This document shows positions 13,401 to 26,669 of a stretch of DNA of 64,000 nucleotides, piece by piece. The stretch is from Antedon mediterranea (Eukaryota > Animalia > Echinodermata), in NCBI RefSeq assembly GCF_964355755.1, contig NC_092678.1:22275365-22339364 (forward strand), in the 5' to 3' direction. The notes under the pieces are model-generated. The model did not search any database and had not been told where the DNA came from. It saw only the letters and a list, made by a program, of their open reading frames with translations. Each line of letters starts with the position of its first letter. Position 1 is the first letter of the stretch. The translations under genes and the position numbers were made by a program.

Positions 13401-16016
13401 AGTTGTGTTTCTCTCTAGATCTAGTTGTGTTTCTCTCTAGATCTAGTTGTGTTTCTCTCTAGATCTAGTTGTGTTTCTCTCTAGATCTAGTTGTGTTTCT
13501 CTCTAGATCTAGTTGAGTTTCTCTCTAGATCTAGTTGAGTTTCTCTCTAGATCTAGTTGAGTTTCTCTCTAGATCTAGTTGTGTTTCTCTCTAGATCTAG
13601 TTGTGTTTCTCTCTAGATCTAGTTGTGTTTCTCTCTAGATCTAGTTGTGTTTCTCTCTAGATCTAGTTGTGTTTCTCTCTAGATCTAGTTGTGTTTCTCT
13701 CTAGATCTAGTTGTGTTTCTCTCTAGATCTAGTTGTGTTTCTCTCTAGATCTAGTTGTGTTTCTCTCTAGATCTAGTTGTGTTTCTCTCTAGATCTAGTT
13801 GTGTTTCTCTCTAGATCTAGTTGTGTTTCTCTCTAGATCTAGTTGTGTTTCTCTCTAGATCTAGTTGAGTTTCTCTCTAGATCTAGTTGAGTTTCTCTCT
13901 AGATCTAGTTGAGTTTCTCTCTAGATCTAGTTGTGTTTCTCTCTAGATCTAGTTGAGTTTCTCTCTAGATCTAGTTGAGTTTCTCTCTAGATCTAGTTGA
14001 GTTTCTCTCTAGATCTAGTTGAGTTTCTCTCTAGATCTAGTTGTGTTTCTCTCTAGATCTAGTTGTGTTTCTCTCTAGATCTAGTTGTGTTTCTCTCTAG
14101 ATCTAGTTGTGTTTCTCTCTAGATCTAGTTGTGTTTGACATCTAAGTAAGATAATTGTTTTATTATTATCATCTTTGAACCAAGAATAAATTCATTCAAT
14201 TACCGTTATTATAGGTCTATACCAGAGCATGACCGTGTCGTGGCTCTGAGAGGTTCAGTTGTGGATCACAACTATGGTGGTGGATACTCCCCAGCAGTAC
14301 TTCTCCTAATGGACCGCATGCAACGTGATCTACATGCTGCCATCAAAGGAAACCTAGACTTCCCCAGCAGGCTACAAGTGGCTTGTGATGTTGTGGAAGG
14401 CTTACGATATCTACACAGTCTAGGCTTAGTACATAGAGATGTTAAGCTGAAAAATGTTCTAGTAAGTTCACACAGTTTTATGTATCGCAGACTACAAAGC
14501 ATTGGAGCGTAACAAGCATCGCCTTATGCTTACTAACCAATCAATGTTGTGATGATAGTAGTGACTATACCAAATTGCGATGCCAATTACTTTATATATT
14601 CTTACACCCTCTGCTATATTTATGTATCAATATAAACATAATCTATTACCTGAATCATTTAATAACTTATTTAGTACATCTGCCTCATTCCATAATTACT
14701 CAACTGGAAACAGGTCAAACTACTGTCCACAACTAAAACGCACCAAAGTCGGACAGCAATGTATTTCCTACCAAGGAACACATATTTGGAATTAACAGAT
14801 TATATAAAACAATCACCCATTTTAAGTTTGTTTAAACAAAGATTAAAGCAACATTATAACAATAGAAATATTTAAGTTAAGTAAATCACATTATGTTATT
14901 TTGGTTTGTTCTTTTTTGTTTGTATAAATGTTTGATCTTTTTTGTTAGGGTTTATAATGATTGCAATTTTTATTCTGTTTTATATAAATTCTTTGTTACC
15001 GGGTTGTTAAATGTTTAACCTTGTTAATGTTATTTTGCCACCAGCACTATCAGGAGAGTCTTTTATAGCGATTTTTTTGCTTTTTGACAATCCGCCAGGA
15101 TAGTGTCCTGCGTTTTTTCTCTGCTTGTTGTTGTTCTATGTAATTTTTGCTTTTTGTATTTTTTATTTTTTTTTTTATTTTTCTGGATAATAAATGAATA
15201 TGAATATGAATAGGGTTACATGTTTAAAGCACTTGTGCTTATTTTGTATCCCATTCCATTATCTTATTTGTATTGTATTTGTCTATGTTTTTATATTGAT
15301 TATGGAATAAAAATGTTGATGATTGAAAAAAAGAAAATTGAAAATTAGTAGAACTGTGTAGTGCATTAAAAATGTCCATTCTATCATATTTAATTATTAT
15401 TTTTCTTTCCCTTCTTTTCTAATAAACTTTTAGCTTGATAAAAAGAATCGCGGAAAAATCACAGATCTCGGATTCTGTAAACCAGAAGCAATGATGAGCG
15501 GAAGTATAGTCGGCACGCCCATCCATATGGCACCGGAGCTTTTCTCTGGGAAATACGATAACAGCGTGGACGTGTATGCTTTTGGTATTCTACTGTGGTA
15601 CGTGTGTGCGGGACATGTGAAGTTGCCTATTGCATTTGAGCAGTGCCATAATAAAGACCATTTATGGAGTTCGGTTAAAAAAGGTAAAAAGTAAAGCAAC
15701 ATATTTAAATACACAAACTACCCCTCCCTCCCTCCCCCATCCCCCTCTTTTATTACAGTATTATTGTACATTATCACAACATAATATGTTATTGTACAAT
15801 AACTTATTTTATTTCTAATTTCGTTTTTTACTAGGAGTTCGTCCAGAGAAACTACCTGTGTTTGGTGACAAATCTTGGTCTTTAATGTCATCGTGTTGGG
15901 CCGGAGAAAAGGACAAGCGCCCTCTATTGGGCGAGGTGCAAGACAGACTAATAGTGATCCATAATCACGCTGTTGAAATCGAAAATACAACTACTAAAAG
16001 AAATGACACAATGTAA
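4429..16016 (+). CDS. DSTYK: Dual serine/threonine and tyrosine protein kinase (10 coding exons)
   Basis: Exons 4429-4552, 6360-7589, 9576-9808, 11773-11856, 11952-12074, 12216-12399, 13090-13246, 14215-14461, 15434-15683, 15835-16016, all GT-AG and phase-compatible. Kinase motifs [65 protein letters not shown] are characteristic of DSTYK. Confidence 0.96.
8790..8903 (-). mobile_element. tRNA-derived SINE head
   Basis: Minus strand reads GTAGTGGTTAACATGCTTGCCTTCCAGTCCCAAGGTCCAGGGTTCAATCCTG: A-box-like and B-box (GGTTCAATCC) with tRNA-Gly-like spacing, but no complete cloverleaf. Confidence 0.6.
11360..11510 (+). mobile_element. 3' end of a SINE/LINE (L2-type tail)
   Basis: TGTAAAGCACCTAGAG...GGCGCTATATAAATACTG followed by (TAT)n resembles L2-mobilised SINE tails. 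A B-box-like fragment lies on the minus strand at ~11040-11055. Confidence 0.55.
12542..12869. mobile_element. Kolobok-like non-autonomous DNA transposon
   Basis: TIR AGATGTATTGTCCCC ... GGGGACAATATATCT flanked by TTAA on both sides. AG...CT ends with a TTAA target duplication fit Kolobok. Confidence 0.7.
13367..14136. repeat. 22-bp minisatellite, about 35 copies, in a DSTYK intron
   Basis: Unit CTCTCTAGATCTAGTTG(T/A)GTTT, nearly invariant and without spacers. Confidence 0.97.
14600..14875 (+). mobile_element. 5'-truncated LINE remnant (CR1/L2-like ORF2 C-terminus)
   Basis: Peptide [18 protein letters not shown]...HNYST...[18 protein letters not shown] resembles the post-RT C-terminal motif (H-x-Y-x-T-R ... 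R-T ... Y-x-G-x-x-x-W-N) of CR1/L2-group LINEs. Confidence 0.7.
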
Positions 16017-18026
16017 TAGAAACATATGTTAAGCCAGTGAGAGGTCAGGGTTCAAATTGACTGATTCACATGGTTAACAATTGACAGGTCAGGAGTCAAA
16101 TTGACAGAACTAAGCAAATAATTTGTTGATGTTATTTATGTTGTGTAATTAGTTTTTAAAACTGTTTTTTGTCAGTACAATTTATTTTTTATTTATGTAT
16201 TATTGTAAATAACTTGATTTATAAAACTAACAAATCAGTCCGTTCTTACTTTAGGTGCTTAATTTTGGGAACAATGTCCGCAAATAAACAAGAAATGTCA
16301 GTTTCCTAGTAACTATCTTCAGTAGTTTTCAGTAGATGCAACTCTGATAATATGATAATGACCAAAAAAAGACAAGTTTTTAAAGGCAACTCCAGTAACA
16401 ATGTAAAATCAGTAAATACATACGTCTAAGAAGGTTTACAATACAAGCAAAAATTACAAATTGTTCTGCCATGCTATATTTTCATTCAGTACTGTATGCT
16501 TTTTTCACATGTTAGTTGGACAAAAGTCTTCCTATAATTCGTGCAAACTTTGGTAAATATTTTTCTGTAAAAACCTTTTTTTTTTTGTTATTTGCTATAT
16601 ATGTCACTAAAATCAATATTAGAAAAATGGATTTTGTACTCCTGGGTGGTACATTACTATGAGGGACTTGATACAGTAAAAATGAAGGACAGACAGACAA
16701 ACAAGTAGAATGGTCACAGAAAAGGAATGTGCAATGTAATCAGAGAGAAAGGCATTTGTATATAAAAATAATATATGCTATTGTAATTATTAATTGTAAG
16801 AAAAAACAAAGAAATCTGTTTAAAAATTAAGAAAGAAAAAAGATTTTTAGAAAAACTATAAGAAATGTTAGATGTGTGTTTAAATGTTCAAACATAATTT
16901 AATTAACTTTAATAATTGTAATCAATAACAAAATATTATATTATGGGAAATCAATATATTGTGATACTTTTAATGACATTTCATATTTTTGCGAAGTTTT
17001 TACAAACATCAATGCAATGGACCGTGACCAATGATTTTTTTTCTTTCTCTACTTTATATTTATTCAAATATAAAGCATATTTATTGATATTTATATTTTT
17101 GCTTTTAGATACCTCAAAGGTACAATGTTAAAAAATAATTTAAGAAATTTGAGATATTAAGTGTCGAGATCTTAACTCACATTTGTCACTGATCTACTAG
17201 ACGATAATATAAGAACTGGTTTATAGAGAGAGGTTGTCAATAAAATGGTAATTTAAAAGCTCTAAAGTGAGTGAAATACCTAGAAAATGCAGAGAGAGGG
17301 GCGCTAATTAATATTTTGCCCAATATTGAAGATACAGATTAGTAATAAGTTTTTGAGATGTCTCCAATATATCGATTTACTTGGATTTGTTGGTATATAC
17401 TGTATCTATTTACAAGAAAAATTCAGCACTATCAGTTAAAACTTGAATTAAAACATACAAATATTATTGTTCAATTCAGAAATAAAGAACAAATGTAGTA
17501 CAGTCCCAATTCATGTAGCCTATTGTAGCTACAATAATATTAGTGACGTGTGTTAATATTAGATAAATGTGTATGTTAAGAGAATATCATTTAAATTCAT
17601 TTATAGAATGTATTCTTCAACTCAAACTTAAATTGCATATTAATAACTGCATTTTAAATGTTTATGTAACATATTTTTGTAAAGAAAAGATGAAACTATT
17701 TTTTGTATTCCTTATTCATTGTTGAAGATGTTGCAGTAAAGCTATATTACTGGTAGCTGAAATCGCTGACAAATATAACATACAGCTAAAGTATTGTATA
17801 CGATTTGTTTTGTCTGATTTAAGGTAAGCTAGGTTGACACTGCTGTTAATTATGTAGCAATATACTATGTTGTTATTACTGCAGTATTTAGAGAAGAATA
17901 CTGCATCCCTAACACATCCAGAAATGCAGTAGAAGCCGCTGGGAAGCTTTCTTGAGAAACGAATACAAGGTAATATTTTGTTTACACTACAGCAAACCCG
18001 TTGTTGCTGTGATGTGTCCCCTTAAA

Positions 18027-18420
18027 GGCCCATTTACACTAGGACGATAACGATGGACAATAAATATATATAAACATGCATTTTTTTTACATAAAACAAA
18101 ATAAATTAGAAAGGTTTTCGTTCTAGAACTATAGGGTAATCATTTATGTTGTCTTTGATAAAAATAATACTTTTAAAATTCCAGTCATGATAAATAAAAA
18201 CAATAAAATCGTTGTATTGTCACGATATTATTGCTCTTACTAATCATGACGTCATTTGATTGGACGTGTGAAAATATCATTTTCATCAAAGGAAGCATAG
18301 AAGGTTATTCTATAGTTCGAAAAGTGTTTATATTTCTTTTGTTTTATGTATGAAAAATGCACATTTGTCTATTTATCGTCCATCGTTATCGTCCATCGTT
18401 ATCGTCCTAGTGTGAATGGG
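18027..18420. mobile_element. PIF/Harbinger-like MITE between the DSTYK and NDUFA12 3' ends
   Basis: TIRs GGCCCATTTACACTAGGACGATAACGATGGAC ... GTCCATCGTTATCGTCCTAGTGTGAATGGG, with further internal inverted symmetry. Confidence 0.75.
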
Positions 18421-18737
18421 GTTCTCCAGTGTGTTTATACATTTTATTACAGTAATTTACTATGTATTTTGCTTGTGTTAACAAAAATCAACAACTCAGT
18501 TATCTGATAACTTAACACTTTTATTAATCTTTCCACTTCCCTATGTTAATCCCTGTTAATGATAGTCAGTGCAGGGAGTTGTAAAAACTCCCTGGTCAGT
18601 GCATTGCATTTTTAATCTGTTCTTTTTAACACATAGCAAAGCAGTGTGAATTAGTCAAATGAAATCTCTCATAGCAATGTACCGGTAAAATCACACAAAT
18701 TCATATCTATTTTATACTATGTACAGTTTGCTTATAA

Positions 18738-19716
18738 TTATGATTTTTTAGGGGGAACCCATTCGTGAATCTTCTTAGGTGTCGTTGAGTACGGTACGTA
18801 GCGTCTATTGGATCCAGAGAAGTTCTCGGTGTGCTCCATGTAGAACTTTGGCTTTTCGAGAGGATTTGATGAAGGTGGCTGATCAGTCATGCAGTGGATC
18901 CACCTGTGCCTGTGAAGATAATTATTTTAAAATATTAATTATTCATAAACATTTAAATAAACATAGACCATTAATTAACGAGAGGTGTTGTTGCTTACCA
19001 TTCTGGAGGTATTTGTGTGCTGTCATAATCCCAGAAACGGTTCCTTGTGTACGACACCCATCGATGACGACCTAGTTTTTTTTTAAAAAGGAGTTCATAA
19101 ATCATGTAGACATCATAGTACAATGTGTACTGTAAGGTTCAAGCCAATAGTATTAGCTGTATTATTATGACATCATTTTCTATTTACCTACAAAATACCG
19201 GTCACTTTCATAATATTTATTGCCAAACTGGTCTTCACCAACTAATGTACCAATTCGAAGATCTTCGCCTCTGGTAAAATAAACAGAAAAATGTAAGAAA
19301 AACAAAATCAATTGTGAAGTCATGATGATTAAATTTCAAGGATTGTACACTAAGTATCCAGTTGGTAGTAGTATTTAGTAAATTAGACCAAACACCGCCA
19401 TTATTGTACCTATTAATCCTAGGCCGTATGACCATGCAATCTTCGATGTCTACTGAAGGGATCGAACCTATTTCATCCCTATATAAATCAGCTAACCTGT
19501 CTGTGTTGTTTCCCTAGGCCTAGGTATCAGTGAGTTTAAAAGTATTTTACGAGCTTCAAATTACAATTAACTGACCATAAAACACATTTAAATTTTTAAA
19601 AAAAGGTTTAGGTACCTCACGAGTTTAACAAAAGAGTTAATAGCTCCACCATTAAACTTTATTATTTCAAAAAAGCGGCGAGCCCAGGCTGCATAACTAA
19701 ACTTTGCAACAGCCAT
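18738..19716 (-). CDS. NDUFA12: NADH:ubiquinone oxidoreductase subunit A12 (4 exons)
   Basis: Exons 19716-19616, 19270-19188, 19071-18999, 18909-18738. Translation includes [48 protein letters not shown] and [20 protein letters not shown], which are hallmark NDUFA12 motifs. Missed by the ORF track. Confidence 0.96.
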
Positions 19717-19802
19717 CTTGTATTTATTTGTATAGCGCCCTCAGACGCTTGAAGAACTTTTCGCTCGAGTTTAATTTTTACGTTCGAGTTTCGTGAAGAA
19801 AT
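19717..19802. promoter_or_regulatory. Compact bidirectional promoter between NDUFA12 and HAUS7
   Basis: Only 86 bp separate the two divergent start codons. The interval is CpG-enriched and contains TAGCGCCCTC at 19733-19742. Confidence 0.8.
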
Positions 19803-22800
19803 ATGGCGGCAAATTTAAACAGTTTTCATTCTTTTCGTACACGATTAGAGGTATTAAATTGTGGCTTTTTGCAAAATAAATAATTTTATAAATATTTATA
19901 ATATTTGGGCCCTAGCAGATGTAACTGACTTATAGAACAGGCTAACAAGAAAGATGATAATAATGTTATAATAGCTAGGCCTATCCGGCCGACCTATAGT
20001 TAGTAGGAAAATGAAGGTGTGTGATGTGGTGGTGCGAAAGAGGGCCTTCCAACCCCTCACACTCGGCCTGTTCCACTGCATATTTGGGCCTAGTAAATGC
20101 AACTATTTTATTATTAGGCTAGATTTTTATAATATGACTTGCTATATTAATTTGTATGTTAATACTAGATTTTAGGCGTAGCATAAAATGCCATACATTT
20201 TCATGTTTTTTTTTTCATTTAAAAAGTGATGTTTTTATTAACAGAGTTTGGACTGCCCATACATTGAAGATGTGGATGATTCATGGGTTACTGAATTGTT
20301 ATTTCAGCCTGGGGAATCAAGGATAAGACTGTTGCAATGGGTCTTTGCAAGGTATATATATATGTTTTCATTACCACACTAAGACTAGTTTTGAATGTTG
20401 TTCATATTTGATCATGACTCTTGTAATTTTTTCTCTCAACAGACTTGACCCTAAGCTTCAGGAGATGATGGAAAATTCATATGCTGCATCGGACACTAGG
20501 ATGGATTCCAGGCTTCAGAGTAAGCCACAGCAATACATTATATAACCAAGGCAATCTAACAAAAGGATGCTGAGCTCCAGAGATCAAAGGGTTTATCTGT
20601 GGCTGCGACACGATCAGTTCCACAGCCCTTAAAGACACAGCAGCATGCCATGGAGAATATGTACAAAATACAGTAGACTGGTATTTGTTGCAGCCAGACC
20701 TAAGATCAAAGGACTATTACAAGTTCCTATCTTGGCAAAGAAAGCTCAGTGTCCTGTTGTTAGATTGCCTTGCTGTAACCATTATTAAGACTACAAAATG
20801 TCAAAATATCATACACAACACAAGTTGAAGGCTTGTGGCCCTGGGAATGGTTCTTTGTTATATTGTGTTGAACTTAAAATCTTTTGTTATTCTCTTTTTA
20901 GGATTGTTAGTTATAGCTTCATCCTTGGGTCTTTGTAAGATGGATGACATTGACCTAATAAGAGTAAGTAGTTATTTCTTTTTTTATTCTTAATTACTTA
21001 AGTGTAGTTAAGGAAAGTAAGACTAGATAGTTATTTCTTTGCTCTCATTGTATACAGTTTTTCTCTGTGTGTACACAAAAGAATACAAGCAACCTCTTAT
21101 TAACATGTTATATTCCTAAAGCTCTTTATACACTATCAAACTAGTTTGACAAAAAAAGTTTGATGTGCCCAAATATGGTAGTTAAATGACATCATCGTGT
21201 CCATATATGTGCACATCACATTTTATTGTCAGTTTGAATCACTGAAATTATAGAACATGCTTAAGCTTCAATTCTTTATTATATACAGTGAAAAAGGGTA
21301 ATAACAATATTTTTGTAGTTAGTTATAGCCCAAAATATATTCCTCATAAGATGGTTTGTTTGGTTCAGTAAAATTTATTGACTTCAACAACTTAATAAAA
21401 GATGATTATATACAAAGTATCTTTAATTATTTGAAGGGAGCTGCATCATCATCGAGACAGAATGCATTCTGGGATCAGTTGTTGGATATTGTTTGTATCA
21501 ACGACGCCTCAGATGATCACAGAAAGCATCAGCTTGCAAGCCCTGGTATGATTAGGTAGGAAAACAATTGAGTATAATGTAGACCTTCCTATGAAAAGAA
21601 CAAAGAGGCAATATTATTATAATGTTCTACAACTCCCTCCTATTAAGGGCACACTGCTATAAACAAAATAGACAAATTCAGTATAATGTAGGCCCTTGAA
21701 TAAGGGGACACCTTCCTATGAAAAGAACAAAGAGGCAATATTATATCCTACAACTCCCTGATGATACTCCTATTAAGTGGACACTGCTATAAACAAAATA
21801 GACAAATTGTTGGGTTTGTTTCATTTGTCGTGAGGTTTTTAATTCATTAGGTTGCTTAACTGTTTTCAGTTGTACCTACCAAGTTAAATTATGATATTAA
21901 TATTCAACAATGACATTCCAGCCAGCCAGTCTTGAAAAGACTAAATATACTAATTTTTATTTACAGTGAGACGATGCCTTTGCAGGAACAACTACACCAT
22001 GATAGCAACTTGATGGACTCCATAGCAAAGATGGACAGTCTGTCAGCGATGTTTGAGACTAAGATGAATATCCTGCCCCCTGACCTCATGCGTATGATTA
22101 ACAACACGGCCAAAGCAGATGGATTTGCTGACGGTGAAAGGTTTGTTGGTTTCAAGATCTACTTTCCCACCGAAAAAATAACTTTAAAAAAATGTATGTT
22201 GAATATGAACTTTAAATGTCACAATAGTTATCCACTTTGACTGCAAATTGGATCTTAAAGCAAAAAATCACCATTTTTTCTCATTTCATGTAGGCCTCTT
22301 CCACCAGACCTAAAGAAGCTGCAAGCTGTTGCAGCCCAACTGGCTATGGATCTGTCTGCAGCCAACACGCAACTACTACACTTGACGCAAAATGTGAGTA
22401 ATTTTATTTTAAACTAATTTTCTTTCAAATTTTTCCTAGTATTTCGTAAGAGCAATAAGTACTTACTTTTGAACATCTTTGGACCTCTCCACTGCTCCAC
22501 TTACCCAAGCATATTAAGTTATGTCTACAAAAAAAGTGTGTTGTACTCAAATATTGTAGCGATATGCCCAAATAATATGTTAGTGATATGACATCATCAT
22601 GTCCATATATGGACACATCACATTTTTTTGTCACATAAAGTTTGATAGTGTAGACAGAGCTTTAGCCTTTGTTGGCATCAATTATATACAAATAACCTTT
22701 AACCCCAAGTAATTGCTTAATTTACAAATTATTGAAACAGATCTCAAACAATCTAATTTTTGTTCTGTAGTACAATTACCAGAAAGATGATGATCAGGTT

Positions 22801-23739
22801 GTAAGCACCGTCAGTGAAACGATGAAACTGATCCTCTCAGAGCTGGCGCAGTTAATCACAAGCTTCTCGTACTCGTTTGAGAACGAGATGAGACAGTGGT
22901 GCAATAAGGCACCACCGAAACTAACGCAGCTCGGCCCGACGTTCAAAGATGTGCATTCGTCACTTCAGCAGTTTTCAGTGGTAAGTTAAAATTTGAATTT
23001 TTTATAAATTTCTATTATCTTTTTTTATTGAACAAGAATAGGTATTGTTTTGTTTTTGATAATGTTGACATGCTATCAAACGTTTTGTGACAAAAAAATG
23101 TGATGTGCCCATATATAGACATGATGATGTCATATCACTACCACATTTTGTACTTTTTGTTTAGATTTTGCAAGGATTAGCCACAGTTCGAAGTTCATTT
23201 ACAAACTTAAGAAGTCTGTCAACGAGTCATGCTACTGCAATTCAAGATATTACACCATCAATGGATGAATTTGGTAAATAATGCGAATTACATTTTGAAA
23301 ATGGGGAGGCATGATGACAGAGCTCATGCATACTATTGAAAACTTGAAAATCATTGGATTTTGCTTTAAAAAAATTTATAGGCCTAGTAGACAATTTGGC
23401 TTGTATTAAAAAGCCATGGAATAATAAAGATGAAGAAGACATATTTGCTTTTTTAAATACCACTATACATAATCCCTACACCATCTTTCTAGTTCTAGTT
23501 GTCCCATGACCTAGAGGATCGTAGCAGATGACATACAGTTCACCAAGTCCTTCCATCTTTGGCGGAATCATATTTACATAACCATAAATACACCCTGACA
23601 AATGACATTTTTTTCAGCTCTTGCGAGCCAAGTTGTCGTGGAGAGTTTCCGAGAATGCATAGACATTATGGAGGATTCGTCGATTCGGCACGAAGGCAAT
23701 TGGACGCAAAGCACCATCCTTAATGCGTCCGTCATCTAA
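19803..23739 (+). CDS. HAUS7: HAUS augmin-like complex subunit 7 (10 exons)
   Basis: Exons 19803-19850, 20245-20351, 20443-20519, 20902-20963, 21437-21555, 21967-22140, 22294-22393, 22771-22980, 23165-23273, 23618-23739. LESLDCPYIE...ELLFQPGESRIRLLQWVF, LGLCKMDDIDLIRGAASSSRQNAFWDQLLD and WCNKAPPKLTQLGP match the remembered HAUS7 pattern. Confidence 0.85.
20547..20772. mobile_element. P-element-like MITE (second copy, inverted, at 59965-60179)
   Basis: TIR CAAGGCAATCTAACAA ... TTGTTAGATTGCCTTG. The second copy is flanked by TTCCTAT/TTCCTAC, a near 7-bp duplication. CANRG ends with a 7-8 bp TSD fit the P superfamily. Confidence 0.65.
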
Positions 23740-24707
23740 GCCACATTTCTTGCAAGTATCATCATTTTAATCATAATCGAAGCATTTTGATTTTTTTATG
23801 ATTTTTCAACAAAATCATGAACAAAATGTATGTATTCCAATTTTATTAATCTTTTTCTGTTTCATAAGAAATAGTTTTTATTGCATTTTGAAAGAATCGT
23901 TTGAAATAAATTTCAAGTTTTCGTCGTTTAACTTTACAATTCCATTTGGAAACCACGTTTTTATATATCAATGTTCCACTCGTAAATTTTACAAAATCAT
24001 GTACAATTATTACAACTTTTATTTTAATCCCTTCCTCTCTTTAAAAAAAATTAAAATATAACATTTTATTTTTTGGAAAATAAATAATTCTGTATTTAAA
24101 ATCATTATCAAATTTTCTTTTAAATTAGATGCACAGTTTTGCGTTAGTAAAATACTACATGTTAGTTCATTACAGAGTTGCTTACATTTTTTGAGAAGTT
24201 TTTTACCATTTTTCGGTACGCTGTAGTCGTACACATTTTTTTCATAGTAGTAAACTTTAATAACTTTAAATTTATTTGATACATAATTTACAAATGCCAT
24301 AATTCTTAGTATGTAGTTTTTTAAATCCATAGATGAAAAATGACCAAAGATAAGTTTGATATTTGAAGAAGTTTTGAATTATTAATTGAATACCTGATTT
24401 CCTGTTGAAATATTGAATTATAGGAAGATTTTAAAAATAATTAATGTTTATATTAGTGTTATGATTCATTTTACTTCCAAGAAATGACATTAATTGTTAT
24501 TGTTTTGTTTGTTTTTTTCGTTATAAAATGTTCTCTATTTATTTGATTACATAACTATTACTGTATTATATTGATATGACTATGTATTTTGTTTGTATTT
24601 TATATACTATTGTTATATTACTTGTATAATGTATAAAAATATGTATAATTTAATATTTATTCTACAGGAGGCCTAGCTACCCAACCAATCAGATATTTTA
24701 CTGGTTG

Positions 24708-24884
24708 TATAATATAGCAGATGCTGTCTTTTATATTGGTAAAATATCAGATTTGACATACCCTCGGGAATGATATTTTGCTCTCGTAAATATATATTTC
24801 CCTGAGCTTGCGCTTCGGGAAACATTCCCTCAGGGATGTCAAATCTTATATTTCACCTTTAAGCAGGCAATATCTGTATTATAT
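24708..24884. mobile_element. Fold-back MITE with long imperfect TIRs
   Basis: Left arm TATAATA..CAGATG..GGTAAAATATCAGATTTGACATACCCTCGGGAATG pairs with right arm CATTCCCTCAGGGATGTCAAATCTTATATTTCACC..AATATCTGTATTATA. Confidence 0.65.
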
Positions 24885-26669
24885 AGTACAGTATTGCTAT
24901 GATTATGTATTTTGTTTGTATATTATGTACTATTGTTATATTACTTGTATAATGTATAAAAATATGTATAATTTAATATTTATTCTACAGTGTACAGTAT
25001 ATATAATTTATTATTATTTTCAGTTTTAAGAAAATTTGATATAAAACAAAGCTATTATAGGATAATAAGTCACTTGAAATTGTTATTATTTTAATGTTGA
25101 ATTATTAAAAAGAAATTTTCATTACTATTCAATTTTAAATTTTAATAAAATTGTTTATACGCAGGTACCCAGTCGTATTGTTGTTCATTAATCAGTGATA
25201 TAGTATTTCTGAAATTATAATTATGTTCATATCCTGAAACTTGCAGGTATGCTACAGTTAATAAGATGTCGTTCGTGCAGAACACTAGATTGACCCAGTG
25301 ATGCTGTACTTAACTAATACATTTTTTTAGAAGCTTGAGGAGTCTTAAACAGCCTAAGGTACTGAAAATAGATGTCCATAAAGTATTCATATATCTATCC
25401 TCTCTGTGTAAATAATGTATATATAATATCGTGCCATGCATGAGTTGAATTCTAAAACCTACCAGGATATTCTATTAAATATGCATATTTTCTTCAATCA
25501 TAGTTCCTTTCAATTTAACATAACATTGCCATTGTTTACGTATAGGACACAAGATTTATAAATAAAATAGTCTGTGTACGTACAGTACTCTAAATAGCTC
25601 CATTTAGTAGTAGACCAATGATTAATGCGTGCGTTACATTTTTGAGAAATTCCAATAATTTATAATTGACAACCATAACCAGTGATTGCTATCTTATCAA
25701 CACACCCTATTTGTCACGTTTTATATGCAGCCCATATGTGGACATGATGATGTCATATCACTACCATATTTGGGTATAGCACTACCATATTTGGTAGTTG
25801 TTTTATTAATACAGCATTGGACTTTAATCCTTAAAGCCATTGTTTGATAATAGATATTTTTTGCAGTCGTGCACTTCTGCGCGTTCAATGGCATTCTATC
25901 TATTATTACTGTAAATAATTTATTATACTGTACTGTAGGCCTGGTTTAAATTTGCAGTCATCAAAAGATACCCTACTTGTCATATCTCTTCTCAAGCCAT
26001 TGATAATTGATTTTTCTGTCATATGCATGTTCAATTGAATTTTATTATTACTGAAAATAATTTATTATTATACCATGGACCTATTTATAGGTCCATGATT
26101 ATATTGTAGGCCTAGCATAAATTTGCAATAGTTAGTTTTTACAATTCACATTATTGTACAAGTTTTTATCAAAATAATCTGCGATCACTCATGTGAAACA
26201 ACTATTTTTGTGATTGTTGTTGACCCGTAAAGGAGTCATGCGGTGATGTCATGTGATCTTTTAAGGCGTGACACTCGTCAAGTATTTCTGTGGTTTCCTG
26301 ACGGTCCTATGATTTCAGCATTCCATTTCTGATGTTCAGTAGATTCTATTTATATTGCGCAATCATATCCTTATATTGCGCAATCACTATTCTACTTTGG
26401 TTTTAGCTGTATATGTCTTAATTAGGTATTCTCTCAGACACTCCACATCTTTTGCGCCAAGAGTTATTCCGCTATCAAATTAACAGCATGCTCTCAATAG
26501 GAGTTATTATTACTGTTCTGTCGATACTGTACAGTAGTACAAATTAGATTATACCAGTGAAATTAAATTGTAATTTCACTCTTAATTCCCTGATTATACC
26601 ATGCGCTCCCCATTTATACCTATTAATTGATGCACATAAAATGTAATAAGACAAGGTATGATTTAAACA

